Numbered from the stretch's first letter, positions 1 through 12,116 are shown. The stretch is 33,703 bases of DNA from Deltaproteobacteria bacterium (GCA_021163945.1 JAGGTC010000067.1:1-33703); one strand, 5' to 3'. Program-made: numbers and translations. Notes: generated by a model not told the origin, from the letters alone.

Positions 1-69
1 AGCTCTAACGGCTAGAGCACCGGACTCCAAATCCGGGGGTTGGGGGTTCGAATCCTCCCTGGCCTGCCA
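1..69 (+). tRNA. tRNA-Trp (anticodon CCA), 5'-truncated by the window edge (about 8 nt missing)
   Basis: The cloverleaf can be read directly. D-arm gctc/gagc; anticodon stem ccgga/tccgg with loop cuCCAaa; T-arm ggggg-ttcgaat-cctcc; 3' acceptor strand ctggcct, discriminator g, and an encoded CCA at 67-69. Confidence 0.9.
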
Positions 70-87
70 TTTTATTGCCTGAATTTT

Positions 88-333
88 ATGAGAAAGCAAT
101 TAAACAAAAAGATCAGTCCTATTAGGTCTGTAGCAAGTCCTCTGAGTTGGTGGTTTCAGGCAAGGCAATTTTTACGTGAGGTAAAGGTTGAATTAAAGAA
201 GGTGACTTGGCCAAATAGAAAAGAAACAATTGGCTCTACCTTGGTAGTGATTGTGGTAGTGTTGCTTATGAGTTTTTATTTTGGCATCATTGACCTAATT
301 TTTGGTAGTATTTTGGGAAAGATCTTAAGATGA
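88..333 (+). CDS. secE: Preprotein translocase subunit SecE
   Basis: 81 aa from ATG 88. Conserved SecE core FLREVKVELKKVTWPNRKE followed by one hydrophobic TM segment (TLVVIVVVLLMSFYFGIIDLIF). It sits immediately upstream of nusG with an ATGA stop/start overlap. The track ORF start at 40 lies inside the tRNA, so ATG 88 was chosen. No obvious SD. Confidence 0.85.
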   Translation: MRKQLNKKISPIRSVASPLSWWFQARQFLREVKVELKKVTWPNRKETIGSTLVVIVVVLLMSFYFGIIDLIFGSILGKILR

Positions 334-905
334 ATTTCAAGTGGTATATAGTGCATACATATTCAGGTTTTGAAGAAAAGGTAAAGTCCTTGCTTGAACA
401 ACGGATCAAAAGTGCAGATGGAATGGAGCAATATTTTAAGGAGATCCTGATACCCACAGAAAAGGTCCTTGAGCTAATTAAGGGAGAGAGGGTGACCTCT
501 TCCCGTAAATTTTATCCAGGTTATATATTAATTCACTGTCTAGAACTACATATAGATGAGGAAAAGGATGATGAAGAGACAAAAAGGCTCAAAAAGGCAA
601 TTTGGCATTTGGTAAGAAGGACACCTAAAGTTACAGGCTTTGTGGGTGGACAAGACCCACTTCCCATACCCCAAGAAGAGGTTGAGAAGATTAAGGAGAG
701 GATGGAAGAGGGAGAAAAGAGGCCCAAGCCAAAATTTATCTTTAGAAAAGGAGACCATATTAAAATTGTAGACGGCCCCTTTACAAATTTTACAGGTCGT
801 ATAGATGAAATCTTTCCCGAGAGAGGAAAAGTACGTGTGCTTATCAGCATTTTTGGTAGAGAAACACCAGTAGAATTAGACGCCATACAACTTTCTAAAA
901 TTTAA
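330..905 (+). CDS. nusG: Transcription termination/antitermination factor NusG
   Basis: NGN start [37 protein letters not shown], and a KOW motif [21 protein letters not shown]. Conserved secE-nusG-rplK order. Confidence 0.95.
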   Translation: MNFKWYIVHTYSGFEEKVKSLLEQRIKSADGMEQYFKEILIPTEKVLELIKGERVTSSRKFYPGYILIHCLELHIDEEKDDEETKRLKKAIWHLVRRTPKVTGFVGGQDPLPIPQEEVEKIKERMEEGEKRPKPKFIFRKGDHIKIVDGPFTNFTGRIDEIFPERGKVRVLISIFGRETPVELDAIQLSKI

Positions 906-918
906 AAAGGAGTTTTTT

Positions 919-1344
919 ATGGCTAAAAAGGCAGTGGTGACTATTCGTTTGCAAATTCCGGGAGGTCAGGCTACGCCATCACCCCCTGTAGGGCCAGCCT
1001 TGGGTCAGCATGGGGTAAATATTATGGAGTTTTGTAAGGCATTTAATGCCAAGACAAAGGGGCAAGAGGGGACCATTGTACCAGTAGTAATTACAGTCTA
1101 CTCAGATCGTTCTTTTAGTTTTGTTACAAAGACCCCACCAGCATCAGTGCTCCTCAAACAGGCGGCCAAGATTGTCAAGGGCTCAGGGAGTACAAAAAAG
1201 GAGATTGTGGGTAAGATCACAAGAAAGCAACTTGAGGAGATTGCGAAGAAGAAGTGGCCTGACCTTACTGCCTCAAGCTTTGAGGCAGCAGTGAGGACAA
1301 TTGAGGGCACTGCAAAAAGTATGGGGATTGAAATTGTTGAATAG
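919..1344 (+). CDS. rplK: 50S ribosomal protein L11
   Basis: [30 protein letters not shown] signature. SD aaaggag upstream. Confidence 0.97.
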   Translation: MAKKAVVTIRLQIPGGQATPSPPVGPALGQHGVNIMEFCKAFNAKTKGQEGTIVPVVITVYSDRSFSFVTKTPPASVLLKQAAKIVKGSGSTKKEIVGKITRKQLEEIAKKKWPDLTASSFEAAVRTIEGTAKSMGIEIVE

Positions 1345-1352
1345 GAGCTATT

Positions 1353-2066
1353 ATGGCAAGTTATGGGAAAAGGTATATAGAGGCAAAGAAAAAGATTGAG
1401 CCAGGGAAGGCCTATAGTGTTGAGGAAGGGATAAAATTGGCACTGGATACCTCTTATGCCCGTTTTGACGAGACAGTAGAGGTAGCCATAAATTTGGGAG
1501 TAAACCCAAAGTATGCAGACCAGATAGTACGTGGGGCAGTAGTGTTGCCTCATGGGACGGGTAAGGATGTAAAAGTGCTGGCATTTGCCCAGGGAGAAAA
1601 GGAGAAGGAGGCAAAGGAGGCAGGGGCCGATTATGTAGGTGGAGAGGATTTGATAAAAAAGATAGAAGGGGGCTGGCTTGATTTTGATAGGGTGGTGTCT
1701 ACTCCAGATATGATGAGTAAGGTGGCAAGGATTGGAAAGATCCTAGGCCCGCGTAAGCTTATGCCAAGCACAAAGACAGGGACAATTACATTTGATATGA
1801 AAAAAGTCATAAGGGAGCTGAAAACTGGGAAGATAGATTTTCGTGTAGACAGGTATGGAATAATCCATGCCCCCATTGGTAAGGTCTCATTTGGTTGTGA
1901 GAAGCTCCTGGAAAACTTTAAAATACTAATGGAAACCATTATCAACTTAAGGCCCCAATCAACAAAGGGTGCATATTTAAAAGGGATAACCATTTCTACA
2001 ACGATGGGGCCTGGTATCAAGATAGATATAAATTCTGTTAAGGATGTCTTAAGCAAGGCTATGTAG
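1353..2066 (+). CDS. rplA: 50S ribosomal protein L1
   Basis: GKRY...VVLPHGTGK...[28 protein letters not shown]. Position after rplK. Confidence 0.97.
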   Translation: MASYGKRYIEAKKKIEPGKAYSVEEGIKLALDTSYARFDETVEVAINLGVNPKYADQIVRGAVVLPHGTGKDVKVLAFAQGEKEKEAKEAGADYVGGEDLIKKIEGGWLDFDRVVSTPDMMSKVARIGKILGPRKLMPSTKTGTITFDMKKVIRELKTGKIDFRVDRYGIIHAPIGKVSFGCEKLLENFKILMETIINLRPQSTKGAYLKGITISTTMGPGIKIDINSVKDVLSKAM

Positions 2067-2075
2067 GAGGGGAAA

Positions 2076-2603
2076 TTGGGTAAGAGGATTGAAAAGGCAA
2101 ATTTAATAAGTGGGTTAAATGAGAGGTTTAAGAGGGCAAAGGCCATAATAATTACTGACTTTAAGGGTTTAAATGTAGATGCCCTAAACTCCTTAAGAAA
2201 GGAGTTACGTGAAAGGGGTATGGAGTATAAAGTAGCAAAAAATACACTTATAAGACTGGCCTTGAAGGAAACGCCCTTGGAACACATAAGTGAAGAGATC
2301 AAGGGTTGTAATGCCCTGGCATTTTGTTATAACGACCCAGTAATTTTGGCCAAGACATTAATTGATTTTAAGAAAAAAAATGAGGTATTTGGAATAAAAT
2401 GTGGCATATTGTCAGGAAGGCTCTTAAAGGCAGATGAGATTGAAGAACTTTCTAGATTGCCCAATAGGGAGGTACTACTTTCCCAACTTTTAGGGGCAAT
2501 GTATGCTGTGCCTGCAGGCATTGTAGGCCTATTTCATAATATCCTATTAAAATTGCTTTATGTTTTAAATGAAATAAAAAAGACTAAAAAAAAGGAGGAT
2601 TAA
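2076..2603 (+). CDS. rplJ: 50S ribosomal protein L10
   Basis: TTG start 6 nt after taggagggg. The L10-like N-terminus (ITDFKGLNVDALNSLRKELRE..EYKVAKNTL) and its position between rplA and rplL support the call. Confidence 0.93.
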   Translation: MGKRIEKANLISGLNERFKRAKAIIITDFKGLNVDALNSLRKELRERGMEYKVAKNTLIRLALKETPLEHISEEIKGCNALAFCYNDPVILAKTLIDFKKKNEVFGIKCGILSGRLLKADEIEELSRLPNREVLLSQLLGAMYAVPAGIVGLFHNILLKLLYVLNEIKKTKKKED

Positions 2604-2609
2604 GAGAAG

Positions 2610-2996
2610 ATGGCTACAGAGATCAAAAAAGAGGATGTGATAGAATTTATCTCTAACATGACAGTTCTAGAACTATCAAATTTTATCAAAGAATTGGAGG
2701 AAAAGTTCGGGGTAAAGGCAGTAGCCCCTGCCGTAGCACCAGCAGCCCCTGCAGCGCCGGCCCCTGCAGCGCCTGAGAAGGAAAAGACAGAATTTGATGT
2801 GATCCTATCAAGTATAGGTGAGAAAAAGATTCAAGTAATCAAGGTAGTAAGGGCCATTACTGGGCTGGGTCTGAAGGAGGCAAAGGAGTTTGTAGAGAGT
2901 GCACCTAAGGCCATAAAGGAGGGTATTCCTAAAGAAGAGGCAGAAAATATTAAAAAGCAGTTAGAAGAGGTAGGTGCAACCGTAGAGATAAAGTAA
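2610..2996 (+). CDS. rplL: 50S ribosomal protein L7/L12
   Basis: N-terminal dimerisation helix, an Ala/Pro hinge ([19 protein letters not shown]), and a C-terminal domain [23 protein letters not shown]...GATVEIK. Confidence 0.97.
   Translation: MATEIKKEDVIEFISNMTVLELSNFIKELEEKFGVKAVAPAVAPAAPAAPAPAAPEKEKTEFDVILSSIGEKKIQVIKVVRAITGLGLKEAKEFVESAPKAIKEGIPKEEAENIKKQLEEVGATVEIK
2745..2774 (+). repeat. In-frame 15-nt tandem duplication (gcccctgcagcgccg / gcccctgcagcgcct, 14/15 identical) within the L7/L12 hinge
   Basis: Read directly from the sequence. It encodes the repeated Ala/Pro pentapeptide part of the hinge. Confidence 0.8.
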
Positions 2997-3010
2997 GAGG
3001 GGTTTAAAAT

Positions 3011-6000
3011 ATGAAAAACTTGGATCATTTTAGGCGAAAGTTTGGTTGTGTCAAAAAGATCCTTGACATCCCTTATCTGCTCTCACTTCAAAAGGAATCG
3101 TTTAGAAAGTTTTTGCAGAAGGACATACCCCCTGAGGAGCGAGAAGATATAGGGATGCAGGGTGTGTTTAAGGAGATCTTTCCTATTGAGGACTTTACAG
3201 GGACTGCCTCTTTGGAATTTGTAAAATATACCATTGGAGAGCCTAGATATGATGAAAAGGAGTGCCTAGAGAGGGGCATGACATATGAGGCACCTGTAAG
3301 GCTTACAGTAAGGCTTGTAGTATATGATGTGGATAAGGATACAGGAAATAAGACTATTAGAGACATTAAGGAACAAGAGGTCTATTTTGGCACCATTCCC
3401 CTGATGACCGATCGTGGTACATTTATTATCAATGGCACAGAGAGGGTTGTAGTAAACCAATTGCACCGTTCCCCTGGCATCTTTTTTTCTCTTGATAAGA
3501 CAATACGGAGGGTTAAAGGAAAGTTACTTTACACAGCCAGGATTATCCCACTAAGGGGCTCATGGATTGACCTTGAGTTTGATAATAAGGCACGCCTTTA
3601 TGTAAGGATAGATAGAAGGAGAAAATTTCTGGTTACCCTATTCTTAAGGGCCCTAGGTTATAAGAATGAGGAAATATTGACCCATTTTTATCCTACACAG
3701 AGGGTAAGATTAAATGATGGAATCTTTTATATAGAGCTAATACCTGACCTTTTAATTGGAACCAAAATAAGAGAAGATGTATGCCACCCAGAGACTGGCG
3801 ATGTAATTATTCCAAGGGATACGCGAGTTACCCGTCTTCATATAAAACAATTAGAGAAATTTGGGCTCAAGGAGATCCCCATTGAAGAAGAAGAACTAAA
3901 GAATAGGGTCCTGGCCAGGGACATTAAAGACAATGAGACAGGTGAGGTAATTGCCTCATGCAATCAAGAGATAAATGATGAGATCTTAGAGAGGATCAAA
4001 GAAAAAAAATCAATTGAGTTTGAGGTCTTGTTCATTGATGAATACCGCTATGATAGCTCACTTAGGGATACACTGCTTGAAGACAAGGGTGAGAGTGAAG
4101 AGGATGCTATACTTGAAATATACCGAAGGCTAAGGCCTACTAGCCCTCCAACCTTAGAGGTTGCAAAAGAATTTCTACATAACTTATTCTTCAACCCAGA
4201 ATATTATGACCTTTCAAAGGTTGGCAGGTTTAAACTAAATGAGAGGCTGGGGCTGGATGTCCCTATTAACTGTTGTGTCCTCCGCAGGGAGGATATCCTT
4301 GCAGCAGTAAAGAAAATCCTTGAGATTAAGGCGCAGCAAGGCCCCCCTGATGATATTGACCACTTGGGCAATCGTCGTGTTCGCTCAGTAGGGGAACTTT
4401 TGGAAAATCAATACAGGATTGGTCTAGTACGAATGGAAAGGACTATAAAGGAACATATGGCACTCCAGGAGATAGAGACACTTATGCCCTATGACTTAAT
4501 AAATTCTAAGGCAGTAACTGCTGCCATGATGGAGTTTTTTGGGACAAGTCAACTCTCTCAATTTATGGATCAGACAAACCCACTCTCAGAACTGACCCAT
4601 AAACGGCGTCTTAGTGCCTTAGGACCAGGGGGTCTCTCTAGGGAGAGGGCAGGCTTTGAGGTAAGGGATGTGCACCCCTCTCACTATGGGCGTATTTGTC
4701 CTATAGAGACACCAGAGGGCCCAAATATTGGTTTGATTGTCTCACTTAGTACCTATGCAAAGGTAAATGAATTTGGCTTTATTGAAACACCCTATCGAGT
4801 GGTAAAGGATGGTGTGGTTACAAATGAAATCAAATATCTTACCGCCTTAGAGGAAGGGGACTATCCTATTGCCCAGGCAAATGCACCCATTGACAAGGAT
4901 GGAAGGTTTATTAATGAAGTGGTATCTGCCAGGGTTCGTGGTGAATTTACCATGGTAAGGAGAAGTGATGTCAAATATATGGATGTATCTCCTACACAGT
5001 TGGTCAGTGTCTCTTCCTCCCTAATCCCATTTTTGGAACATGATGATGCCAATCGTGCATTAATGGGTTCAAATATGCAACGTCAGGCCGTTCCCCTCTT
5101 GGTTACAGAGAGGCCGCTTATAGGTACAGGGATGGAGAAGATTGTAGCAAGGGATTGTGGCCTGACTATTGTAGCAGAGGCTGATGGAGTAGTGGAGTAT
5201 GCAGATGCCTCACATATTGTCATAAAATATGATAATGAAAATGCCCCCTTAAATACATTGGTAAAGGTCTATGAGTTGAATAAATTTCAAAGGAGTAACC
5301 AAAATACCTGTTTCAATCAAAGGCCTTTGGTAAAAAGTGGACAAAGGGTATTTAAGGGGCAGGTTATAGCCGATGGGGCGGCCACAGACAGGGGGGAGAT
5401 CTCTTTAGGGAGAAATATATTAGTGGCATTTATGCCTTGGGAAGGTTACAACTTTGAGGATGCCATCTTGGTCAGTGAACGCCTAGTGAGGGACGATATA
5501 TATACCTCCATCCATATAGAAGAGTTTGAGGTAATGGCCAGGGAGACAAAATTGGGTCCAGAGGAGATAACACGTGATATCCCCAATGTCTCTGAAGAGG
5601 CATTAAAGGACTTAGATGAAAATGGGATTGTTCGTATAGGGGCTAAGGTGAGACCAGGCGATATCCTTGTAGGAAAGATTACACCAAAGGGCGAGACCCA
5701 ATATTCACCTGAGGAGAGATTGCTGAGGGCGATTTTTGGTGAGAAGGCAAGCGAGGTAAAGGATTCCTGTTTAAGGGTGCCCCATGGAATAGAGGGTATT
5801 GTCATTGATGCCAAGGTCTTTACTAGAAGGGGTGATAAGACTAAGGATGAGAGGGCAAAGTCCATTGAGAGGGACGAGATTGAGAAGATAGCCAGGTATA
5901 GGGATGCAGAGATAAATACCTTAAAGAAGGTAGTAGAAGAGAGATTGGCCCAACTTTTGGTGGGTGAGCAGGTGGCAAAGGATCTAGAAGGTATGAATGG

Positions 6001-7114
6001 TGAGAAAATTATAGCTAAGGGTGAAAGGATCAGTGAGGATATAATCTCTTCAATACCTATTCACAGGTTAAAAAATATTAAACTTTTTAATACAGAAAAG
6101 GAGGCAGAACTCAATTCTCTAATTGATGAGTTCTTTGATGAGGTGGAGAAGATAAGGGCCCGTTATGATCAGAGGATTGACAGGATAAAGCAAGGCGGTG
6201 AGTTGCCTGCGGGTGTGATTAAGATGGTCAAGGTCTATGTGGCAATGAAACGTAGGCTCTCTGTAGGGGATAAGATGTCAGGGCGACATGGAAATAAAGG
6301 TGTGATATCTAAGATCTTGCCTATTGAGGATATGCCATATCTTGAGGATGGGACCCCAGTTGATATAGTGCTTAATCCCTTAGGCGTACCATCACGGATG
6401 AATCTGGGACAGATTTTGGAGACCCACTTAGGGTGGGCATCTAAAGAGTTAGGAAAGAAGGTAAGAGAACTTATAGAGACTGTTCAGGTTGAGGCGCTAC
6501 GGAAATACCTTAAGGAGATATACACAGAAGGGCAATATAATAAATATTTTGCCCATTTAAGTGATGAGGAGTTGCTTGAGAAGGCGAGGTCTTTGGAAAA
6601 TGGTATTCCTGTATCTACCCCTGTGTTTGATGGGGCAAAAGAGGAGGAGGTTAGGGCCTGGTTAAGGAAGGCGGGTCTGCCAGAGACTGGCCAGTGCACG
6701 GTTTATGATGGAAGGACAGGGGAGCCATTCGATAATAAGGTAACAGTTGGCATTATGTATATGATGAAGCTTCATCACTTGGTAGACGATAAGATCCATG
6801 CACGTTCTATTGGTCCTTATTCCCTAGTTACCCAACAGCCGCTAGGAGGAAAGGCACAATTTGGAGGACAAAGATTTGGTGAGATGGAGGTTTGGGCCTT
6901 AGAGGCATACGGGGCGGCCTATACACTGCAGGAGATGCTTACAGTAAAATCAGATGATGTAGCAGGCAGAACAAGGATGTATGAAAAGATAGTAAAGGGG
7001 GACAATACTCTGGAAGTAGGACTGCCTGAGTCCTTTAATGTGTTGGTTAAGGAGCTTCAGGCCCTTGGTTTAAATGTAGAATTAATAAAAGATAAAGAAA
7101 AAATAAAGGAGTAA
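3011..7114 (+). CDS. rpoB: DNA-directed RNA polymerase subunit beta
   Basis: 1367 aa. Rifampicin-cluster region [32 protein letters not shown], plus [12 protein letters not shown] and [54 protein letters not shown]. Confidence 0.99.
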   Translation: MKNLDHFRRKFGCVKKILDIPYLLSLQKESFRKFLQKDIPPEEREDIGMQGVFKEIFPIEDFTGTASLEFVKYTIGEPRYDEKECLERGMTYEAPVRLTVRLVVYDVDKDTGNKTIRDIKEQEVYFGTIPLMTDRGTFIINGTERVVVNQLHRSPGIFFSLDKTIRRVKGKLLYTARIIPLRGSWIDLEFDNKARLYVRIDRRRKFLVTLFLRALGYKNEEILTHFYPTQRVRLNDGIFYIELIPDLLIGTKIREDVCHPETGDVIIPRDTRVTRLHIKQLEKFGLKEIPIEEEELKNRVLARDIKDNETGEVIASCNQEINDEILERIKEKKSIEFEVLFIDEYRYDSSLRDTLLEDKGESEEDAILEIYRRLRPTSPPTLEVAKEFLHNLFFNPEYYDLSKVGRFKLNERLGLDVPINCCVLRREDILAAVKKILEIKAQQGPPDDIDHLGNRRVRSVGELLENQYRIGLVRMERTIKEHMALQEIETLMPYDLINSKAVTAAMMEFFGTSQLSQFMDQTNPLSELTHKRRLSALGPGGLSRERAGFEVRDVHPSHYGRICPIETPEGPNIGLIVSLSTYAKVNEFGFIETPYRVVKDGVVTNEIKYLTALEEGDYPIAQANAPIDKDGRFINEVVSARVRGEFTMVRRSDVKYMDVSPTQLVSVSSSLIPFLEHDDANRALMGSNMQRQAVPLLVTERPLIGTGMEKIVARDCGLTIVAEADGVVEYADASHIVIKYDNENAPLNTLVKVYELNKFQRSNQNTCFNQRPLVKSGQRVFKGQVIADGAATDRGEISLGRNILVAFMPWEGYNFEDAILVSERLVRDDIYTSIHIEEFEVMARETKLGPEEITRDIPNVSEEALKDLDENGIVRIGAKVRPGDILVGKITPKGETQYSPEERLLRAIFGEKASEVKDSCLRVPHGIEGIVIDAKVFTRRGDKTKDERAKSIERDEIEKIARYRDAEINTLKKVVEERLAQLLVGEQVAKDLEGMNGEKIIAKGERISEDIISSIPIHRLKNIKLFNTEKEAELNSLIDEFFDEVEKIRARYDQRIDRIKQGGELPAGVIKMVKVYVAMKRRLSVGDKMSGRHGNKGVISKILPIEDMPYLEDGTPVDIVLNPLGVPSRMNLGQILETHLGWASKELGKKVRELIETVQVEALRKYLKEIYTEGQYNKYFAHLSDEELLEKARSLENGIPVSTPVFDGAKEEEVRAWLRKAGLPETGQCTVYDGRTGEPFDNKVTVGIMYMMKLHHLVDDKIHARSIGPYSLVTQQPLGGKAQFGGQRFGEMEVWALEAYGAAYTLQEMLTVKSDDVAGRTRMYEKIVKGDNTLEVGLPESFNVLVKELQALGLNVELIKDKEKIKE

Positions 7115-7119
7115 AATAG

Positions 7120-10100
7120 ATGGGTTTAGAAGACCTTTATAATCTTTTTAGTAAACCAATGGACCCAGCTGATATTAAAGGAGTTCGCATCTCCTTGGCC
7201 TCTCCAGAAAAGATCAGGGAGTGGTCTTATGGAGAGGTAAAAAAGCCAGAGACCATTAACTATCGTACATTTAAGCCAGAAAAAGATGGCCTATTCTGTG
7301 CAAAGATATTCGGTCCTATTAAGGATTATGAATGTCTCTGTGGTAAGTACAAGAGGATGAAACATCGGGGGATTGTATGTGAAAGGTGTGGAGTGGAGGT
7401 GATATCTTCAAAGGTGAGGAGGGAGAGGATGGGCCATATTGAGTTGGCCTGTCCTGTTACCCATATTTGGTTTGTAAAGAGCGTCCCAAGTAAGATTGGA
7501 AATCTACTTGACCTTAGTGTACGTGAGCTAGAGAAGGTCATCTACTTTGAGTCATATATTGTCATTGATCCAAAGGATACCCCATTAAGAAAGGGTGAAT
7601 TACTCTCTGAGGCCCAACTTCAAGAGGCACGAAACAGGTTTGGCAATCGTTTCAAGGTAGGCATAGGGGCAGAGGCCATCAGAGATTTGCTAAAGGAATT
7701 GGATCTTAAGCACTTAGCAGAACAGGTGAAGGAGGAGATTAAAAATACCCATTCAGAATCCAAAAGGAGGAAGCTGACAAAGCGTTTAAGGGTTATAAAT
7801 GCCTTTTTAGATTCAGGAAACAGGCCTGAATGGATGGTTCTAGAGGTTATTCCTGTGCTCCCACCGGATCTACGCCCCTTAGTGCCCCTTGATGGTGGAA
7901 GGTTCGCTACCTCTGATTTAAATGAACTCTACCGCAGGGTCATTAACCGCAATAATCGCCTCAAGAGATTGATTGAGCTTGATGCCCCAGAGATCATTAT
8001 CAGAAATGAGAAGAGGATGCTTCAAGAGGCCGTTGATGTATTATTTGAAAATGGCCGTAGGGGGCGCACAGTTACAGGCACCAATGGGAGGCCGCTTAGG
8101 TCCTTAAGTGATATGCTTAAGGGCAAACAGGGTAGATTTCGTCAAAATCTCTTAGGTAAAAGGGTAGATTACTCTGGACGTTCAGTGATTGTGGTGGGGC
8201 CAGAACTGAGGCTTCATCAGTGCGGTTTACCTCAAAAAATGGCATTAGAGCTATTTAAGCCATTTATATACCATGAACTTGAGAAGAGGGGCTATGCCAC
8301 TACTATTAAAAGTGCAAAGAAGATGGTAGAGAGGGAGACACCTGAGGTATGGGATGCCTTAGAGGAGATAGTAAAGGAACACCCAGTCCTACTAAATCGG
8401 GCCCCTACACTACACCGTCTAAGTATTCAGGCATTTGAACCTGTACTTATAGATGGGAAGGCCATCCAACTCCATCCCTTGGTCTGTCCTCCATTTAATG
8501 CAGACTTTGATGGTGATCAAATGGCAGTTCATGTACCGCTCTCTCTAGAGGCCCAGGCAGAGGCACGGGTCTTAATGATGTCTACAAACAACATCCTCTC
8601 CCCTGCCCATGGGGAACCTATTATCTTGCCTACTCAGGACATTGTCCTTGGCCTTTATTATATGACAAAGGAGAATCCATATGCAAAGGGGGCTGGGATG
8701 GTGTTTTCAGAGCCTGCTGAGGTAAGGATGGCCTATGATAGGGGTGTGATAGACCTACACAGCCCAATTAGGGTAAGGATGGATGGTAAATTGGTAGAAA
8801 CCACTGTAGGGCGCGTATTACTTAAAGAGATTATACCTGAGGAGGTCCCCTTTAAGTTTATCAATAAGCTGATCAGAAAAAAGGATATAGCCATCTTGGT
8901 GAATGAGTGCTATCGCAGGGCAGGCATAAAGAAGACGGTAATTATGTGCGATAAGCTAAAAGACTTAGGCTTTTCCCAGGCAACAAAGGCAGGTCTTTCC
9001 ATCTCCATCTCTGATCTCAAGATACCAGAGAAAAAGGGATATATATTGGATGAGGCAAAAAGACAGGTAGAAGATGTTCAGGAGCAGTATCGTAAGGGGC
9101 TTATAACCGATGGGGAACGTTATAACAAGATTGTTGATATCTGGTCAAAGGTTACAGAGGAAATAGCCTTAGAGATGATGAGGGAGCTCTCTGTGCAGGA
9201 GGTAGAGACAAAAGAAGGAAAGAAGGAACATATCTCTAGCTTTAATCCTGTATTTATGATGGTTGATTCAGGGGCAAGGGGAAGCAAGGATCAAATTCGC
9301 CAATTGGCAGGGATGCGGGGACTTATGGCAAAGCCCTCAGGTGAGATTATTGAAACACCTATCATTGCAAATTTCAGAGAAGGCCTTACTGTTTTACAAT
9401 ACTTCATCTCTACCCATGGTGCACGTAAGGGCCTGGCAGATACTGCACTAAAGACGGCAAATGCAGGATACCTGACAAGGCGCCTTATAGATGTGGCCCA
9501 TGAATGTGTAGTAAGGGAGGAAGACTGTGGAACCATTGATGGTATTGAGATTGAGCCCTTGATTGAGGCAGGGGAGGTCATTCAGACACTGGGTCAGCGT
9601 GTATTGGGTAGGGTTGCCTTAGAAGACATTAAGGACCCTTATACCGGAGAGGTCATTGTTAAGGCAAATGAAGAAATAGATGAAGAAAAGGCAGAGAGGA
9701 TAGAAGCGGCTGGGATAGAGAAGGTAAAGATCCGTTCAGTGCTTACCTGTCAGACAAAATGGGGTGTATGTGCCAAGTGTTATGGAAGAGACCTGGCCAG
9801 GGGGCGGTTAGTAAATATTGGGGAGGCAGTGGGTATCATTGCTGCCCAATCTATTGGGGAGCCTGGTACACAGCTTACCATGCGCACCTTCCACATTGGA
9901 GGCACTGCCCGTAAAGTGGCAGAACAGACCACACTTGAGGCAAGGTATGAGGGCAAAATAAAGTTTATAAATCTAAATGTAGTGGAGACAAAGGAAGGTG
10001 ACCTCGTAGTAATGAATAGAAATGGTGAGGTGGCCATTTTAGATAATGGGCGAGAGAGGCAAAAGCACCGCATTATCTATGGTGCCCACCTAAAGGTAAG

Positions 10101-11208
10101 GGATGGGGATTCTGTAAAACCAGGCCAGCTGTTGGCCGAATGGGACCCTTATGCACTGCCCATTATAACAGAGGTATCCGGTGTGGTGAAGTTTGAGGAC
10201 ATTATTGAAGGTTCAACTATCCAAGAACAAGTTGATTCAATAAGTGGTAAAGTGAGCAAGGTGGTTATGGAATTTAAAGGGACCCCTTATCAACCGCGCA
10301 TTTCTGTAGTAAATGATAGCAAATCTGCTACATATTACCTACCTGTGGGTGCACTGATCTTAGTGAATGAAGGTGATAGGGTCTCTGCTGGTGACCTTTT
10401 GGCAAAGATTTTAAGAGAGACTATAAAGACAAAGGACATCACTGGTGGGTTGCCTAGGGTAGCAGACCTATTTGAGGTGAGGAGGCCAAAGGATTGTGCT
10501 GTAATTACAGAGATTGATGGTTGGGTCTCCTTTGGAAAGGATGAACGTGGTAAGAGAAAGATAATCATTACACCAGAGATAGGTGAGCCAAGAGAGTATT
10601 TGATTCCCCCAGGAAAACATATTATAGTCCATGAAGGGGACTATCTGAAGGCAGGGGAAGCGCTTACAGAAGGGCCTATTGATCCTCAGGACCTTTTGAA
10701 GGTAAGGGGAATAAAGGAATTGGCCAAATATCTCCTTAATGAGATTCAGGAGGTATATCGCCTTCAGGGTGTGAAGATACACGATAAGCATATTGAGGTA
10801 ATTATCAGACAGATGATGAAGAAGGTACAGATTATAGACCCTGGGGATACACACTTTATTATGGGAGAATTGGTGGAAAAACACATTTTCGAAGAGGAAA
10901 ATGAGGCCGTTTTGAGGAATGGCGGAAGGCCAGCACAGGCAGAACCTATGATTGTGGGGATTACAAAGGCCTCACTGGGCACTGAAAGCTTTATTTCTGC
11001 TGCCTCTTTCCAAGAGACGACACGTGTGCTTACGGATGCAGCCGTAAGTGGAAAGATAGATTATCTAAGGGGTTTAAAAGAAAATGTGATTATTGGCAGG
11101 CTTATTCCTGCTGGTACAGGTCTTGAGGCATATCGTTCTATAGAGATTGAGGCTGAAGAAAAACCCGTTGTGAAAGAAGTAGAGGAAGCGGCTGAGTTGG
11201 CTACTTGA
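7120..11208 (+). CDS. rpoC: DNA-directed RNA polymerase subunit beta-prime
   Basis: 1362 aa. N-terminal Zn finger [20 protein letters not shown], catalytic [14 protein letters not shown], bridge helix/trigger loop [16 protein letters not shown] ... [14 protein letters not shown] with a long insertion between them. Confidence 0.99.
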   Translation: MGLEDLYNLFSKPMDPADIKGVRISLASPEKIREWSYGEVKKPETINYRTFKPEKDGLFCAKIFGPIKDYECLCGKYKRMKHRGIVCERCGVEVISSKVRRERMGHIELACPVTHIWFVKSVPSKIGNLLDLSVRELEKVIYFESYIVIDPKDTPLRKGELLSEAQLQEARNRFGNRFKVGIGAEAIRDLLKELDLKHLAEQVKEEIKNTHSESKRRKLTKRLRVINAFLDSGNRPEWMVLEVIPVLPPDLRPLVPLDGGRFATSDLNELYRRVINRNNRLKRLIELDAPEIIIRNEKRMLQEAVDVLFENGRRGRTVTGTNGRPLRSLSDMLKGKQGRFRQNLLGKRVDYSGRSVIVVGPELRLHQCGLPQKMALELFKPFIYHELEKRGYATTIKSAKKMVERETPEVWDALEEIVKEHPVLLNRAPTLHRLSIQAFEPVLIDGKAIQLHPLVCPPFNADFDGDQMAVHVPLSLEAQAEARVLMMSTNNILSPAHGEPIILPTQDIVLGLYYMTKENPYAKGAGMVFSEPAEVRMAYDRGVIDLHSPIRVRMDGKLVETTVGRVLLKEIIPEEVPFKFINKLIRKKDIAILVNECYRRAGIKKTVIMCDKLKDLGFSQATKAGLSISISDLKIPEKKGYILDEAKRQVEDVQEQYRKGLITDGERYNKIVDIWSKVTEEIALEMMRELSVQEVETKEGKKEHISSFNPVFMMVDSGARGSKDQIRQLAGMRGLMAKPSGEIIETPIIANFREGLTVLQYFISTHGARKGLADTALKTANAGYLTRRLIDVAHECVVREEDCGTIDGIEIEPLIEAGEVIQTLGQRVLGRVALEDIKDPYTGEVIVKANEEIDEEKAERIEAAGIEKVKIRSVLTCQTKWGVCAKCYGRDLARGRLVNIGEAVGIIAAQSIGEPGTQLTMRTFHIGGTARKVAEQTTLEARYEGKIKFINLNVVETKEGDLVVMNRNGEVAILDNGRERQKHRIIYGAHLKVRDGDSVKPGQLLAEWDPYALPIITEVSGVVKFEDIIEGSTIQEQVDSISGKVSKVVMEFKGTPYQPRISVVNDSKSATYYLPVGALILVNEGDRVSAGDLLAKILRETIKTKDITGGLPRVADLFEVRRPKDCAVITEIDGWVSFGKDERGKRKIIITPEIGEPREYLIPPGKHIIVHEGDYLKAGEALTEGPIDPQDLLKVRGIKELAKYLLNEIQEVYRLQGVKIHDKHIEVIIRQMMKKVQIIDPGDTHFIMGELVEKHIFEEENEAVLRNGGRPAQAEPMIVGITKASLGTESFISAASFQETTRVLTDAAVSGKIDYLRGLKENVIIGRLIPAGTGLEAYRSIEIEAEEKPVVKEVEEAAELAT

Positions 11209-11233
11209 CAAGACTTGATTGAATTAGTATAGA
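11205..11233 (+). promoter_or_regulatory. Candidate sigma70-type promoter for rpsL-rpsG-fusA-tuf: TTGACA-17 nt-TATAGA
   Basis: A perfect -35 TTGACA at 11205-11210 contains the rpoC TGA stop. After a 17-nt spacer comes TATAGA at 11228-11233 (alternative TAGATT at 19 nt). It lies in a 53-nt gap, about 28 nt upstream of the rpsL ATG and its aaggag SD. The -10 lacks the conserved final T. Confidence 0.5.
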
Positions 11234-11261
11234 TTGGCGTTTAATTTTTAAGGAGATAAAA

Positions 11262-11633
11262 ATGCCAACGATTAATCAGTTGGTGCGAATCGGTAGGAAG
11301 AAAATAAAAGAGCGCAGCTCTACACGGGCCCTTATGGGTTGTCCTCAAAGGCGTGGTGTGTGTCTGCGTGTCTATACAACAACACCAAAAAAACCAAATT
11401 CTGCCTTAAGGAAGGTCTGTAGGGTGCGGCTTTCCAATGGAATGGAGGTAACTGTCTATATCCCTGGAATTGGTCATAACTTGCAGGAGCACTCTGTGGT
11501 TTTGGTAAGAGGTGGACGTGTTAAGGATTTACCAGGGATCCGTTATCAAGTAATTAGAGGGGCCTTGGATGCTGCAGGTGTACAAGACAGAAAAAAAAGT
11601 CGTTCAAGATACGGTGCAAAGAGGTCAAAGTAA
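11262..11633 (+). CDS. rpsL: 30S ribosomal protein S12
   Basis: MPTINQLVR...[31 protein letters not shown]...[14 protein letters not shown]. Confidence 0.98.
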   Translation: MPTINQLVRIGRKKIKERSSTRALMGCPQRRGVCLRVYTTTPKKPNSALRKVCRVRLSNGMEVTVYIPGIGHNLQEHSVVLVRGGRVKDLPGIRYQVIRGALDAAGVQDRKKSRSRYGAKRSK

Positions 11634-11640
11634 GGAGTAA

Positions 11641-12114
<474 letters not shown>

Positions 12115-12116
12115 AT

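Noticed and set aside
40-87. The N-terminal 16 codons of the 40..333 track ORF (MGVRILPGLPFYCLNF)
   Set aside because: They overlap the T-arm and acceptor stem of tRNA-Trp and are not SecE-like. ATG 88 gives a normal-length SecE.
1631-2302. A 223-aa antisense ORF across rplA/rplJ, and similar minus-strand ORFs (e.g. 533-886, 1098-1553, 5446-5865, 10468-10884, 14757-15197, 16009-16374, 32335-32697)
   Set aside because: All lie fully antisense to highly conserved genes. Their products are low-complexity and Ser/Leu/Pro/Phe-rich, as expected from the complement of a purine-rich strand. They have no SD or promoter context.
3063-3068. Perfect TTGACA hexamers inside coding sequence (e.g. 3063, 23400, 25800, 27223) as internal promoters
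   Set aside because: None has an acceptable -10 hexamer at 16-19 nt. A few chance hits are expected in 33 kb of A/T-leaning sequence.
9263-9451. Plus-strand alternative-frame ORFs inside rpoC (9263-9451), rplB (17659-17841) and rplO (23697-23885)
   Set aside because: They are 60-62 aa, embedded in conserved genes, and have no SD or recognisable motif. They are most likely chance ORFs.
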